A stretch of DNA of 64,000 nt from Candidatus Nanohaloarchaea archaeon (GCA_041640035.1 JBEQBC010000001.1:1-64000), one strand, 5' to 3'. Counted from the stretch's first letter, positions 45,788-56,132 are shown. Numbers and translations: made by a program. The notes: a model not told the origin generated them from the letters alone.

Positions 45788-47170
45788 CTATTCCTCGTTT
45801 CCACGGTTTTCAAGGTGTTCTTTACGGGTTTCTGGGTCGATTCTTGTGAGTTCGTCTTCTGGTAGGATTGATAGCAGGTCCCATCCGATCTCCAGTGAGT
45901 CCTCGATATCCCGGTTCTCGTCGAATCCTTGATTGATGAACTGTTTCTCGAACTGTCTTGCGAACTCGAGTACTTTTTCATCTCTGTCGGAGAGTGCGTC
46001 TTCTCCAACGATGGATACAAGGTCTCGTAGGCTTTCTCCTTCAGCGTACATTGCGTAAAGCTGATCTTTCACATCAGGGTGGTCTGCGCGGGTGAATCCT
46101 TCTCCGATTCCGTTGTCCATGAGTCGGGAAAGGCTTGGAAGGATGTTGATCGGAGGCTTGTAGCCCTTGTTGTCGAGGTCTCTGTCGACTACGATCTGTC
46201 CCTCTGTGATGTATCCTGTGAGGTCTGGGATTGGATGTGTCTTGTCGTCGTTAGGCATCGTCAGGATCGGGATCTGTGTAACTGAACCGTTTCTACCTTG
46301 GATTAGTCCTGCTCGTTCGTAGAGTTCTGCCAGGTTGGTGTACATGTATCCTGGGTATCCTCTACGGCCTGGTACTTCTTCTCGTGCTGCACTTACTTCT
46401 CGTAGTGCGTTGCAGTAGTTGGTCATGTCTGTCATGATGACCAGTACTTCCATTCCCTGATCGTATGCCAGGTACTCTGCTGTTGTCAGTGCGAGTCGTG
46501 GTGTGATCAGTCTTTCTGGTGCTGGGTCGTCTGCTTTGTTCAGGAATACTACGGAGCGTTCAAGTGCTCCTGTTTCTCTGAACTCCTGCATGAACTGCTG
46601 GCTTTCCTCTTCTGTAATTCCCATTCCTGCGAATACTACTGCGAAGTCGCTGTCGTCGCCTTTAACTTCTGCCTGTCGGGCGATCTGCATAGCTACTTCG
46701 TTGTGAGGTAGTCCGGATCCTGAGAAGATCGGTAGTTTCTGTCCTCGGACGAGTGTGTTGGTTACATCGATTGTGGAGATACCGGTCTGGATGAAGTCTT
46801 CCGGTAGTTCTCGGCTTGAAGGGTTGATTGCTTCTCCCTGTATATCTCTTTCTTCATCCGGAATGATTTCCGGTCCGTCGTCGATTGGGTCTCCTGTTCC
46901 GTCGAGGATTCTGCCTAGCAGGTCTTCTGTTACAGGCATCTTGACATTCTCTCCCATGAACCTTACATGGGCGTCCTGTCCGATTCCCTGTGTTTCCTCG
47001 TAGACCTGTACTACTACGATGTCCTTGCTGGTTTCCAGGACTTCTCCTTTCTTTGTTTCGCCGTCCGGAGTTTCGATCTCTACGATATCTCCGTAGGCTA
47101 CATCGTGGGTTTTCTCTACATATACTAGAGGTCCTGAAATTTCGTTTATCGTCTTGTATTCTTCTTGCAT
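45788..47170 (-). CDS. atpB: A-type ATP synthase subunit B
   Basis: [30 protein letters not shown] and [14 protein letters not shown] motifs. Confidence 0.98.
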   Translation of the reverse strand: MQEEYKTINEISGPLVYVEKTHDVAYGDIVEIETPDGETKKGEVLETSKDIVVVQVYEETQGIGQDAHVRFMGENVKMPVTEDLLGRILDGTGDPIDDGPEIIPDEERDIQGEAINPSSRELPEDFIQTGISTIDVTNTLVRGQKLPIFSGSGLPHNEVAMQIARQAEVKGDDSDFAVVFAGMGITEEESQQFMQEFRETGALERSVVFLNKADDPAPERLITPRLALTTAEYLAYDQGMEVLVIMTDMTNYCNALREVSAAREEVPGRRGYPGYMYTNLAELYERAGLIQGRNGSVTQIPILTMPNDDKTHPIPDLTGYITEGQIVVDRDLDNKGYKPPINILPSLSRLMDNGIGEGFTRADHPDVKDQLYAMYAEGESLRDLVSIVGEDALSDRDEKVLEFARQFEKQFINQGFDENRDIEDSLEIGWDLLSILPEDELTRIDPETRKEHLENRGNEE

Positions 47171-47186
47171 TTTTGGTTCACCTCTG

Positions 47187-48923
47187 TTACTGGTCTACAA
47201 CCTCTTCGAACTCTTCATCCATCTGTTCACGGATTTCTTCTTCAAGTTCTTCGTATTCTTCGGTTGTTGCCAGTTCGCTAATCCTGTTCTTGGAGGACAG
47301 GTTGATGATGTCTTCTACCATCGCACCTTGGTCATGTGCTTCATGTGCCTGGTCACCCCAGTCAAGGATCAAGCTGATTATATCATAGGTTTTCTGAGGG
47401 CTGCAGTACTGGTCAACATCGTGGAAAGCGTTCTGCTGAAGGAAGAACTGCTTGACCAGTGTAGCGATCTCCAGTGTAAGTCTTTCTCCTTCTGGCAGTG
47501 CGTCTTTTCCAACAAGCTGGACTGTTTCCTGTAGTTCTCCGTCTTTCTGAAGTAGGTCCTGTGTTCTCTGAATCTTTTCAGGCCAGTCATCTGCTACCTC
47601 TTCCTTGAAGTATCCTTCAAGTGTTTCCTTGTAACCGGAGTAACTGTCGTTCCAGTTGATTGAAGGGAAGTGCCGTTTCTCTGCTAGGTCTGCGTCCAGA
47701 GCCCAGAAGTTCTTAACTACTCTCAGTGTGTTCTGGGTGACTGGTTCGGAGAAGTCTCCTCCTGGAGGGCTGACTGCTCCGATGATAGATACTGAGCCTG
47801 GTTCTTCAGGTCCTAAAGGTACTCCTCGGCCTGCTCGCTCATAGAACTCTGCAAGTCGGGATGCTAGGTATGCCGGGTATCCTCTTTCTCCAGGCATCTC
47901 TTCCAGTCTGGCACTTACTTCTCGCATAGCTTCAGCCCATCGGGAAGTACTGTCTGCCATCAGTGCGACATCCAGTCCCATGTCTCTGAAGTATTCTGCG
48001 ATTGTTACTCCTGTGTAGATGGATGCTTCTCGTGCTGCTACAGGCATGTTCGATGTGTTTGCGATCAGTACTGTTCTATTAATGATTTTATCTCCTGTCT
48101 GTGGATCTTCAAGTTCTGGGAACTCTTCGAGGACTTCTGTCATCTCGTTTCCTCTTTCTCCACATCCGATGTAGACGATGATGTCTGCGTCGGAGAACTT
48201 TGCCAGGCTTTGCTGTGTAACTGTTTTTCCTGATCCGAATGGTCCTGGGATTGCTGCTGTTCCTCCTTTTGCGATTGGGAACAGGCCGTCAAGTACTCTC
48301 TGTCCTGTGATGAGTGGTACTTCTGGTCGAAGGCTTTCTTCGACATTTCTTGGCTGTCTGATAGGCCATTCCTGGCGCATCTGAATTTCTTCGCCATTTT
48401 CAAGTGTGACTACTGTTTCTGTGACATTGTAGTTTCCTTCGTTGACTTCTTTGACTTCTGCTTCTTCGATATCTGGAGGTGTCAGTACTTTGTGTTCTCC
48501 GTACTGTACTTCGACGGTTCCTACTACATCTCCACCTGAGACTTTGTCTCCTTCTTCTACTTCAGGCTGGAAGTCGTATTCTTCTTCTAGGTCGATTCCT
48601 GGTGCGGTTTCTCCTCTTGCGATGAAGTCTCCGGTCTGTTCCTGAAGCTGTTCGAGCGGTCTCTGAAGTCCGTCGTAGATTGATCCAAGTAGTCCTGGAC
48701 CAAGTTCTACGGATAAAGGCTGTTCTGTGTTTTTAACTGGTTCTCCTGGTTTTACTCCTGTCGTATCTTCGTAGACCTGGATGTATGCTTTGTCTCCCTC
48801 GATCTGAATGACTTCGCCCATCAGGCCTTCTTCTCCGACTTTTACAACATCGTACATCTGCGGTTCCATCCCTGTCGCGATGACGACAGGTCCGGTTACC
48901 TTGTAGATTTCTCCTTGTGACAT
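47187..48923 (-). CDS. atpA: A-type ATP synthase subunit A
   Basis: [25 protein letters not shown] and [13 protein letters not shown] motifs; no intein. Confidence 0.98.
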   Translation of the reverse strand: MSQGEIYKVTGPVVIATGMEPQMYDVVKVGEEGLMGEVIQIEGDKAYIQVYEDTTGVKPGEPVKNTEQPLSVELGPGLLGSIYDGLQRPLEQLQEQTGDFIARGETAPGIDLEEEYDFQPEVEEGDKVSGGDVVGTVEVQYGEHKVLTPPDIEEAEVKEVNEGNYNVTETVVTLENGEEIQMRQEWPIRQPRNVEESLRPEVPLITGQRVLDGLFPIAKGGTAAIPGPFGSGKTVTQQSLAKFSDADIIVYIGCGERGNEMTEVLEEFPELEDPQTGDKIINRTVLIANTSNMPVAAREASIYTGVTIAEYFRDMGLDVALMADSTSRWAEAMREVSARLEEMPGERGYPAYLASRLAEFYERAGRGVPLGPEEPGSVSIIGAVSPPGGDFSEPVTQNTLRVVKNFWALDADLAEKRHFPSINWNDSYSGYKETLEGYFKEEVADDWPEKIQRTQDLLQKDGELQETVQLVGKDALPEGERLTLEIATLVKQFFLQQNAFHDVDQYCSPQKTYDIISLILDWGDQAHEAHDQGAMVEDIINLSSKNRISELATTEEYEELEEEIREQMDEEFEEVVDQ

Positions 48924-48964
48924 TTTTTGTGTTACCTCTTGTAGTATAGATTAAAGCTGTGTTT

Positions 48965-49267
48965 TTATCCTGTGATATCGGCTCCGATAGCCTTCTTGAT
49001 TTTCTCCTGTAGGTGAACGCTTTCCGCGTCTTGGCTTAGACTCACTACTACCGGGTCTACATTGTTCTGAACCTGGTTCTGAATCCTTTTCGGCAGTTCC
49101 TTGACATCACTCTGTTTTGCGATGATGATACCAAGTTCTTCGCTTTCAAGTAGTTCCTGGATCTGTTCCTGGTAGTTTTTAGGGTTGTAGATTTCCTGGA
49201 TTCCTGCTAACTGGAATCCTGTCGTGAATTCTTGTTCTCCTATTGCTGCGATCTTTTTCTTCTCCAT
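48965..49267 (-). CDS. atpF: A-type ATP synthase subunit F
   Basis: IA.IG..EFTTGF.LAG and I.KAIGAD motifs. Confidence 0.93.
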   Translation of the reverse strand: MEKKKIAAIGEQEFTTGFQLAGIQEIYNPKNYQEQIQELLESEELGIIIAKQSDVKELPKRIQNQVQNNVDPVVVSLSQDAESVHLQEKIKKAIGADITG

Positions 49268-50268
49268 TATGCTATCACCAGGTTGTCTTTGATAGTTTCC
49301 TGATTCTGGATACCGGTTTCCTTGGCACGGATAAGCATCCGCAGGTTTCTGACCTCGATAGTCTTTGCAACTATGTAACCGATGATCGAGGTGATGTCCA
49401 GTGGTTCACGGTGAAGAGTCTTCAACGCGTTCTCCAGCCGGTTGACCTCCAACTGGTGTTCGATTTCCTCGAGTCCTGCTTCATCGTCAAACCGGATATC
49501 GAGTTCCTCCTCGATGATTCCTGTTGCTTCTTCTAGACTGGAGCAGTTGATACATTCCTCCAGTAGTGAGTCCTTTCCGTTCTTGAGAAGCCGTTCCCGG
49601 ATTTCATCTGGTTCTACATCGTATTTCTTCAGTCTCAAAGCGATTTTCAGGTTCTCGTACTTCATCTCTTCCTTGATGAATTTCTTCAGGTGGCTGTTTC
49701 TGATTCTGGTTGCCAGGTTGTTCATCTCGTCGAAGTAAGCCTGGTCGAGTGCTGCCTCGATTTCATGAAGTTCTTCTTTTCCTTCAAGGTACTCCTGATA
49801 GTTTATACTGGAGTCCTCGAACTCTATGTTGTCCTTGATGTGTTCGAAACTTTTGTTCGATAGTTCGAGTAGTTCTTGTAGTGTGAAGCCGGTTACAGGT
49901 GTTAGAAGACCGGCTAGTTCCTGTTCCTTATCTGTTTTCTTTGCTCTTAGTATTCTTTTCAGGCTGAGAATATCGTATCTTCTCAGGTATGTGGTCATGG
50001 TCTCTTCAAGTGCTTCTGGTGAGATCTCTGCTAGGTGGCTGAATGTGTTAGCTAAATTGCGTGCTAGTGCCAGTTCAACGAGTTCGACTCCTTCGTATGT
50101 GGAGCCGAGTTCGTTGATTTCTTCCTTGTATTCTCCTTCTTCTAGGTTGCGTGCGATTTCGCTTGGCTCCATCTTGATTAGTTTGTTGTAGTCTCTTTCT
50201 TCTAGGAGCTTGGCTTTCTTCGCACTTACCCGTGCGTACATGTAGGGGTAGTCGTTGGATAGTTTCAT
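49267..50268 (-). CDS. atpC: A-type ATP synthase subunit C
   Basis: YPY.YARV.A..A.LL and K..EV.NLR...R.K motifs. Confidence 0.93.
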   Translation of the reverse strand: MKLSNDYPYMYARVSAKKAKLLEERDYNKLIKMEPSEIARNLEEGEYKEEINELGSTYEGVELVELALARNLANTFSHLAEISPEALEETMTTYLRRYDILSLKRILRAKKTDKEQELAGLLTPVTGFTLQELLELSNKSFEHIKDNIEFEDSSINYQEYLEGKEELHEIEAALDQAYFDEMNNLATRIRNSHLKKFIKEEMKYENLKIALRLKKYDVEPDEIRERLLKNGKDSLLEECINCSSLEEATGIIEEELDIRFDDEAGLEEIEHQLEVNRLENALKTLHREPLDITSIIGYIVAKTIEVRNLRMLIRAKETGIQNQETIKDNLVIA

Positions 50269-50807
50269 TTGAAGAGCTTGTCTGCGACCTGTTTTCGATG
50301 ATTTTCACGGAATTCACGGAAGATTTTGTCAAAGCTGTAATCTCTTCTTCTTTCCCCATCCTCTGACTGGATGATGAATCCTTGTTTATCTCTTTCCTCG
50401 AACTCTAGATCATGGCTGTCAGCAGCTTCCTCGAACTCTTCGCTTCCGATAACCTTTCCTACATCGAAGACTGTCTCACTTACTGCATTTTCAACCATAT
50501 TCTCAGCTTCTTCACTGGATAGATCCTTGATTTCTTCCTCGACTTCTTCGAATACCTTTGTTATCTCTTCTTTCTCTGCTTCCAGTTTCTTTCTCTTGGC
50601 TTCCATTCTTGCGTTCGAGATTTTCTTCTGCCGGATGTCTTTCTTTCGTTCTTCGATCTCTTCCTGTGTTTCTTCTTTGATTTCTTCTGCTTTTTCCTCT
50701 GCTTCTTCCATCCGCTGTTCTCTGTAATCCTCTGCTTCTTCCTTGATATCAGCAGATTGTTCTTCTGCCTCATCAAGTATCTCGTCTTTTACCTGTTGTA
50801 GTCCCAT
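50265..50807 (-). CDS. atpE: A-type ATP synthase subunit E
   Basis: MGL..V..EI...A coiled coil, G.I..S.DG....D.SF; operon position. Confidence 0.9.
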   Translation of the reverse strand: MGLQQVKDEILDEAEEQSADIKEEAEDYREQRMEEAEEKAEEIKEETQEEIEERKKDIRQKKISNARMEAKRKKLEAEKEEITKVFEEVEEEIKDLSSEEAENMVENAVSETVFDVGKVIGSEEFEEAADSHDLEFEERDKQGFIIQSEDGERRRDYSFDKIFREFRENHRKQVADKLFK

Positions 50808-50859
50808 AGTATCTTGTTTTCAACCTCGTTTCGTGCTTGTATTGTAAATAAAGTGTGTA

Positions 50860-50883
50860 AAGACGGGCGTTGCCGCCCGCTTG
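50860..50883 (-). terminator. GC-rich hairpin just downstream of atpK (stabiliser or attenuator)
   Basis: mRNA GCGGGCG-GCAA-CGCCCGU: 7-bp stem with a GNRA tetraloop in an otherwise AT-rich spacer. Confidence 0.55.
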
Positions 50884-50893
50884 AATTAAACTT

Positions 50894-51115
50894 CTATCCG
50901 ATGAATCCGGTAACAACCAGTGCGACTACCAGTCCGAAAATTACAATTGTCTCTGGAAGTGCTGTTAGGATAAGCACATTTCCGAAGAGACCGTCGTCTT
51001 CGGCTAGTGCACCTACTCCAGCGGACCCGATCTTTGCCTGAGCCCAAGCTGTAGCTAGTGCGGAAACTCCTAGTGCTAGTGCTGCACCGATTGCTGCCAT
51101 TCCTTCTACTGCCAT
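50894..51115 (-). CDS. atpK: A-type ATP synthase subunit K (c, single hairpin)
   Basis: AQA.IG.A.VGA.AE and LPET.VIFG motifs. Confidence 0.95.
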   Translation of the reverse strand: MAVEGMAAIGAALALGVSALATAWAQAKIGSAGVGALAEDDGLFGNVLILTALPETIVIFGLVVALVVTGFIG

Positions 51116-51143
51116 TGTGTGATTTTCACCTCAAATATTGTTT

Positions 51144-52970
51144 TTACCTGTCTCCTCCGAATGGAGTGTATTTCCGTCCGCCTCCGTTGTAGAAAGTGTC
51201 AAACATCTCTACATAGTGGAGTCGGATTCCCTGGAGGAAACCTTCCATGATTTTGATGAAAGTATTGAATACATGCCCGACCATCAGCAGTGCTACTCCT
51301 GCTACCAGTCCGACTGCTGATCCTGAAACCAGCAGAGGGTGAGCGATTCCGTTCACTACTTTTGCAAGCACTACTGCGGCTACTGAGACTCCGAAGATTC
51401 GGAAGTAGGATAGGATGCTTGAGATCAGGGAAGGTATCTCTACTATTCCCTGGACTCCTTCTCCTTTCAGTAGCATTCCGAAGGCCAGTAGGCCTACTGC
51501 TGCTCCTGCTGGGATGTTGACGAATAGACCGACTAGTACCGCTGCCTGCAGCAGAATCCAGCTGAACTTTTCGAGGATTGCTGCTAGAGCTCCATGTCTG
51601 ATGTATTCGTTGTATGCTCCGAGCAGGAAGCCGATGTTTACATGGACTGCTCCGATCAGTGCTGAAACGTAGAATACCTGGCCCAGGTGTGTTGCTCGGT
51701 GGAATAGTACGGGTATCTGGCTGAAAATGTGCAGTCCGTACTCTGATGCCAGGATGGAGTCATGTCCGAATATTATGTATCCGAAGACATCTCCGAATGC
51801 GAGTCCGAATGCGATGGTGGCTACGGATGCGTACATCAGTGACTTGAAGATGTTCTTTGCTCCTGGGAACATCTTGTAGCCTCCGTAGAATACTGCTAGG
51901 CTTGTTATTCCGTATCCTGCGTCTCCGATCATGAATCCGAAGAAAAGTGGGAATGTAAGCATCAGTACGATTGATGGGTCAAGTTCGTTGTACTGTGGTC
52001 TTGAAACCAGGTTGGTGAGTGATTCGAAAGGTGCGACGATTCCGTTGTTTTTCTGTTTGACTGGTGGTTCTTCGTCTTCCTGTTCCTCTTCCTGAATGTG
52101 GATCTTGCCTTTTGTCAGGTTGTCAAGTCTGTTGTTCAGGTCTCCGAATCTTTCTGTTGGAACCCATCCCTTGATTATGAACGCGTGATCTGTGGTTGCG
52201 AACTTCAGAGGTACCTCGGCTTTCTCAACTTTCTCTGTGAGGAACTCCTCTGTGTTCTTCAGTTTAACATAATTATTATCTGCCAGGTTCTGGATATCTG
52301 ATTCAACATTCTTTTTCTCTTCCTCAAGCTCTCTTACATCGCTTTCCAGCTTCGAAACAACTGACTCGATGCTTCCGCTGTAATCGATTTCTGGTACGCT
52401 GAATATATCGGAGTTCGATCTTCTGATTGCGGCTTCAACTTCTTCAGTATCTCTTCTGTCGTAAACTACTGTGTTCAGGTCTCTTCCTTCGTAGAACTCT
52501 ACTGATTCTCCGTTAAGCTCTGATTCAAACTTGCTCTTGGATACATCTGTAACAATTGTTCCGATAGTCTCTGTTCCTTCAAGGTCCTCGTAATCAAGTT
52601 CTACTCCCTGAAGTTTTCTGAAAAACTCTGCCTTTTCCTCTAGATTTTCCTTTTCTGATCTGAGCCGGTCTTCCTTTCCTCTGAACTCTTCCAGCTTTCT
52701 GGATATCTCTTTTACCTTTTTTTCGAGGCTTTCCAGAGGGATGCTGGTTTCGATATCTGATTCTCGTTCAGGTAGTTTGGATAGAACTGATCTGATCTCT
52801 ACAAGTGTTTCGGAAAGCTGGTCACCTTCCTCGAAGGGATTACCTGTCTCCAATTCTCCTTCGTATTCGTTGATGTCCATTACGCCGGCTTCATGCAGTT
52901 CCTCGATAACATCTCGCATGTGTTTCTTCGGTCCGGTAACCGATACCTTGGACATCCTTTCTGGCTTTAT
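51144..52970 (-). CDS. atpI: A-type ATP synthase subunit I (a)
   Basis: GWVP, P.Y.E.DP, FFG.M.GD.GYG, LSY.R and RLHYVE.F..FY.GGG motifs. First ATG is at 52955, but a probable ATA start lies at 52970 (see findings). Confidence 0.95.
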   Translation of the reverse strand: MKPERMSKVSVTGPKKHMRDVIEELHEAGVMDINEYEGELETGNPFEEGDQLSETLVEIRSVLSKLPERESDIETSIPLESLEKKVKEISRKLEEFRGKEDRLRSEKENLEEKAEFFRKLQGVELDYEDLEGTETIGTIVTDVSKSKFESELNGESVEFYEGRDLNTVVYDRRDTEEVEAAIRRSNSDIFSVPEIDYSGSIESVVSKLESDVRELEEEKKNVESDIQNLADNNYVKLKNTEEFLTEKVEKAEVPLKFATTDHAFIIKGWVPTERFGDLNNRLDNLTKGKIHIQEEEQEDEEPPVKQKNNGIVAPFESLTNLVSRPQYNELDPSIVLMLTFPLFFGFMIGDAGYGITSLAVFYGGYKMFPGAKNIFKSLMYASVATIAFGLAFGDVFGYIIFGHDSILASEYGLHIFSQIPVLFHRATHLGQVFYVSALIGAVHVNIGFLLGAYNEYIRHGALAAILEKFSWILLQAAVLVGLFVNIPAGAAVGLLAFGMLLKGEGVQGIVEIPSLISSILSYFRIFGVSVAAVVLAKVVNGIAHPLLVSGSAVGLVAGVALLMVGHVFNTFIKIMEGFLQGIRLHYVEMFDTFYNGGGRKYTPFGGDR

Positions 52971-52983
52971 TTTCCGTACACCT

Positions 52984-53301
52984 CTAGAAATATTCGTCTG
53001 AGAACTTTTCTGTCAGGAATTTTTTCACTTCGTCTCTGTTCTCTTCGGCACTGTCTTGCATCTCTTCAACTTCAGAATGTGCTTCTTCACTTATTTCGCT
53101 TATTTCCTCTTCAAGTTCATCTCTGAAGTCGTCAAGAGCTTCTTCCTTCATCTCGTCGGCTTCTTCTCTTGCTTCTTCGATGCGCTGTTTCTTCTCTTCG
53201 TCTGCTTTTGTTCTTATTTCTTCAGCTTCTGCCTTCGCATCTTCGATTATGGCGTCGGCATCCTTCTCAGCCTTTTGAACTTCTTTTACTACATTTGACA
53301 C
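52984..53301 (-). CDS. atpH: A-type ATP synthase subunit H (G-like)
   Basis: E/A/K-rich coiled coil, first gene of the operon, GTG start after an AGGTG SD. Confidence 0.85.
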   Translation of the reverse strand: MSNVVKEVQKAEKDADAIIEDAKAEAEEIRTKADEEKKQRIEEAREEADEMKEEALDDFRDELEEEISEISEEAHSEVEEMQDSAEENRDEVKKFLTEKFSDEYF

Positions 53302-53335
53302 TTCAGTGCACCTACAACCAAAGTAGGTGTCTGAA
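53302..53335. promoter_or_regulatory. Imperfect inverted repeat over the atp operon SD/transcription start
   Basis: TTCAG-TG-CACCTAC-N7-GTAGGTG-T-CTGAA; TATA-like TTTTATAAA at 53347-53339 on the minus strand. Confidence 0.45.
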
Positions 53336-53448
53336 AAGTTTATAAAAGCATTCTAGCGGTTATATCCGGACCTCCTTTTAAAGATTTGTGGATAGGGCTG
53401 CAGAGTAGCAGGTAAAAAACCTGCTGATAGAAATACACATAATATATT

Positions 53449-54531
53449 ATGGAAGAACGCGGATTCCAATTCGAAGCTGAAACAGGAGAAACCAAAGACG
53501 CAGAAGTCTTCTACAACCCTGCCATGAAGACCAACAGGGATATCTCAGAGATCGCAGTAAAGAAACTCTCACAGATACTGGACGACTTCCGCGTATGCGA
53601 CCTGATGTCAGCCTCAGGAATCCGAGGCCTCAGATACGCAGACTACTCAGAAGAACTATACCTAAACGACGCCAACCCGGAAGCAATCAAAACCATAGAA
53701 GAAGCGACAGAAAAATACGATGTAGACGCAGAGATCAGCAACGAAGACGCAAACATCTACCTCTCAGGTAAAAGAAACTTCTTCAACTTCATAGATATCG
53801 ATCCATTCGGAACATTCCTTCCATACATCGACTCAGCAGCAAGAGCGGCCAACCATGAATCAGCAGTAGCAGTGACAGGCACCGATAACGCAGCGCCTTC
53901 AGGAAGCTACCCCAAAGTGTGTCAAAGACATTACGGCTCCAAACCACTGAAGAATAGTTTCATGCATGAAACAGGGCTGCGTATCTACATCAAAGAAGTT
54001 TTCCGTGCATTCGCCCGGTACGACAAAGCATTCGAACCAGTAATCAGCTTCCACGAGAGACATTACAGCCGGACGATCGGGAGAGTAACGGAATCGAAGA
54101 AGAGAACGAACCGCAACCTGGAAAACATAGGATACCTTTCATACTGCCCTGAATGCGGCTGGAGAAAACTTGAAAGAAAAGAAGAATGCGTCAACTGTGG
54201 TTCAGAAACCGATATCGCAGGACCTCTCTGGACAGGAAGACTTTCCGATGCCAGATTCACCGAGGACATGGTTGATATGATGCCTGATGAGTGGGAGGAT
54301 TCAAAGGAAATTGTTGAGAAGATAAACGCGGAAGCTGAGATAAACAAGCCATACTACGATACGCACAATCTTTGCTCGATTATCGGTGTTTCGGCACCTT
54401 CTCTGGACGAAGTACTTGATGAGATTGAGGAGAAAGGTTATCCGGTCTCAAGAACTCATTTCTCACCTACCGGTTTCCGTACCACGATGCCGATCCATCA
54501 GCTTCATGAACTTCTGAAATCGAAGAGTTAA
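53449..54531 (+). CDS. trm1: tRNA (guanine26-N2)-dimethyltransferase Trm1
   Basis: VFYNP.M..NRD, D.MSASGIRG.RY, IDIDPFG, HE.GLR, GPLW.G and RTHF..TGFRT motifs. Confidence 0.95.
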   Translation: MEERGFQFEAETGETKDAEVFYNPAMKTNRDISEIAVKKLSQILDDFRVCDLMSASGIRGLRYADYSEELYLNDANPEAIKTIEEATEKYDVDAEISNEDANIYLSGKRNFFNFIDIDPFGTFLPYIDSAARAANHESAVAVTGTDNAAPSGSYPKVCQRHYGSKPLKNSFMHETGLRIYIKEVFRAFARYDKAFEPVISFHERHYSRTIGRVTESKKRTNRNLENIGYLSYCPECGWRKLERKEECVNCGSETDIAGPLWTGRLSDARFTEDMVDMMPDEWEDSKEIVEKINAEAEINKPYYDTHNLCSIIGVSAPSLDEVLDEIEEKGYPVSRTHFSPTGFRTTMPIHQLHELLKSKS

Positions 54532-54557
54532 AAACCAGAGAAACCTAAATTTTGTAT

Positions 54558-54971
54558 ATGGCTCAGGAGGAATGGGCGAAGGTACTTGAAGCAATTTATG
54601 AGGATCAGAGATACTGGAAGATTCAGAAGTCAGAACTGGAATCAGTTTCTGATGACATGGATCTAAGCGAGGATCTTGAGTCAATTCTTGATGCGCTTCA
54701 GTCACAGGACCTGATTGAACGGGATATAGATAATGTAAAACTGACTCAGAGAGGTTTCGAGTTCATCAGCGAGAAGAAGACTCATGACGAGCAAATGTTG
54801 ACACAGAGACTTCTACTGGTCTTTGTAACTGCTCTTTCACTTGCTACGCTTGTAGATACTGTGATGAAGATTGGAACGCAGGAGAACATGTTGATGAATG
54901 CTGCTTACAGTATAGTGTTCGCTGTACTGTTTATCGTGCTTGGAATGATTGCCAAGCAGAATCTAGATTAA
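54558..54971 (+). CDS. Winged-helix-like protein with two C-terminal TM helices
   Basis: L..L...DLIE....V.LT..G wHTH pattern followed by two hydrophobic helices. Confidence 0.6.
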   Translation: MAQEEWAKVLEAIYEDQRYWKIQKSELESVSDDMDLSEDLESILDALQSQDLIERDIDNVKLTQRGFEFISEKKTHDEQMLTQRLLLVFVTALSLATLVDTVMKIGTQENMLMNAAYSIVFAVLFIVLGMIAKQNLD

Positions 54972-55028
54972 GTAATAGAAGTTTGAAAAATAGAATAGGG
55001 GAAAAAAGAAGAGGTAATGAGTGAGGCT

Positions 55029-56132
55029 TTAGCTGCTCTTTTCTTCGAGTTCGTCTTCAAGTCCAAGTTTCTCAGCTAGTTCCTTGTAACGGTTTCTGAT
55101 TGTGACTTCCGTTACTCCTACTACATCTGCGACTTCTCTCTGTGTACGCTTCTCGCCTTCAAGTACTGCTGCGATGTAAAGTGCTGCAGCTGCGAGTCCT
55201 GTAGGTCCTTTACCTGAGAGAAGGTCTCTTTCTCTTGCTTCCTTCAGGATCTGCCGTGCTCGTGCCTGAACTTCTCCTGAAAGCTGGAGTTTTCCAGCGA
55301 ATCTTGGTACATAGTCCTGTGGCTTGGCTGGCAGGATTCTTAGTCCGAGTTCTCGGGCTACATAACGGTATGCGCGTCCGATCTCTCGTTTCTCGATTCC
55401 TGAAGCGTCGCTGATCTCGTCAAGGGTTCGTGGAGTTCCCTGTTTTCTTGCGACAATGTAGATGATCGCCGAGATGATGGATTCCATGCTTCTTCCTCTA
55501 ACCAGTCCTTTGTCAACAGCTTTCTCATATAGTCGTGCTGTCTCTTCATGAACTGATTCTGGAAGATTCAGGTTGGAGATCATGGAGTTCAGTTCGCTGA
55601 GTGCGAATCCAAGGTTCCGGTCCTTGGATTTTGTCAGTCTCTTGTGCCATTTACGCAGTCTGTAGTACTGCGCTCTCTTGTTTCCGCTGACTTTGTAGAG
55701 TTCTCCGTCTCCTTTTCCGATTTCTGTGGAGACTCCCATGTCGTGCTTTGTGTATGTTAGTGGTTGTCCGGCACGGGCTTTCTTCTCTTTCTCTTCAGCG
55801 TTGAATGCTCTCCATTCTGCGGATTCGTCGATTCTGTTTTCGTCAATGACCATTCCACATTCGGTACAGATGAGTTCTCCTTTGGCGGAGTCCTCTTCGA
55901 AGCGCTGTGAGCCACATTCTGGACAGGTCAGTACTGTGTCTCCTTCTTCGGCTTCTTCCTGTACTACTTCATATGCTTCGTCATCTTCGTCTACTTCTTC
56001 CTCTGGAATCTCTGCTTCTTCTTGAGCCTTGCTTTTTTCCTCTTCTTGTTCTTCTTCGTCTTCTTCCCATTCGTCAGGTACATCGTAACTGTCGAACTGT
56101 CGTCGGGGAACATGTTCAGAATTTTCTGCCAT
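55029..56132 (-). CDS. tfb: Transcription initiation factor IIB (TFB) with acidic N-terminal extension
   Basis: CPECG...CTECG zinc ribbon, EWRAF, GLVRGRS, GKGP.G.AAAALY and GVTEVTIRNRYKEL. ATG 56132 follows an AGGTG SD. Confidence 0.97.
   Translation of the reverse strand: MAENSEHVPRRQFDSYDVPDEWEEDEEEQEEEKSKAQEEAEIPEEEVDEDDEAYEVVQEEAEEGDTVLTCPECGSQRFEEDSAKGELICTECGMVIDENRIDESAEWRAFNAEEKEKKARAGQPLTYTKHDMGVSTEIGKGDGELYKVSGNKRAQYYRLRKWHKRLTKSKDRNLGFALSELNSMISNLNLPESVHEETARLYEKAVDKGLVRGRSMESIISAIIYIVARKQGTPRTLDEISDASGIEKREIGRAYRYVARELGLRILPAKPQDYVPRFAGKLQLSGEVQARARQILKEARERDLLSGKGPTGLAAAALYIAAVLEGEKRTQREVADVVGVTEVTIRNRYKELAEKLGLEDELEEKSS

Noticed and set aside
47187-48923. Intein in AtpA
   Set aside because: Normal length (578 aa) and continuous sequence after GPFGSGKT.
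50894-51115. Q...ET in subunit c read as a Na+-binding signature
   Set aside because: The same AQA.IG / LPET pattern occurs in the H+-coupled Thermus V/A-ATPase, and the Tyr of the full Na+ motif is Phe here. Ion specificity cannot be called.
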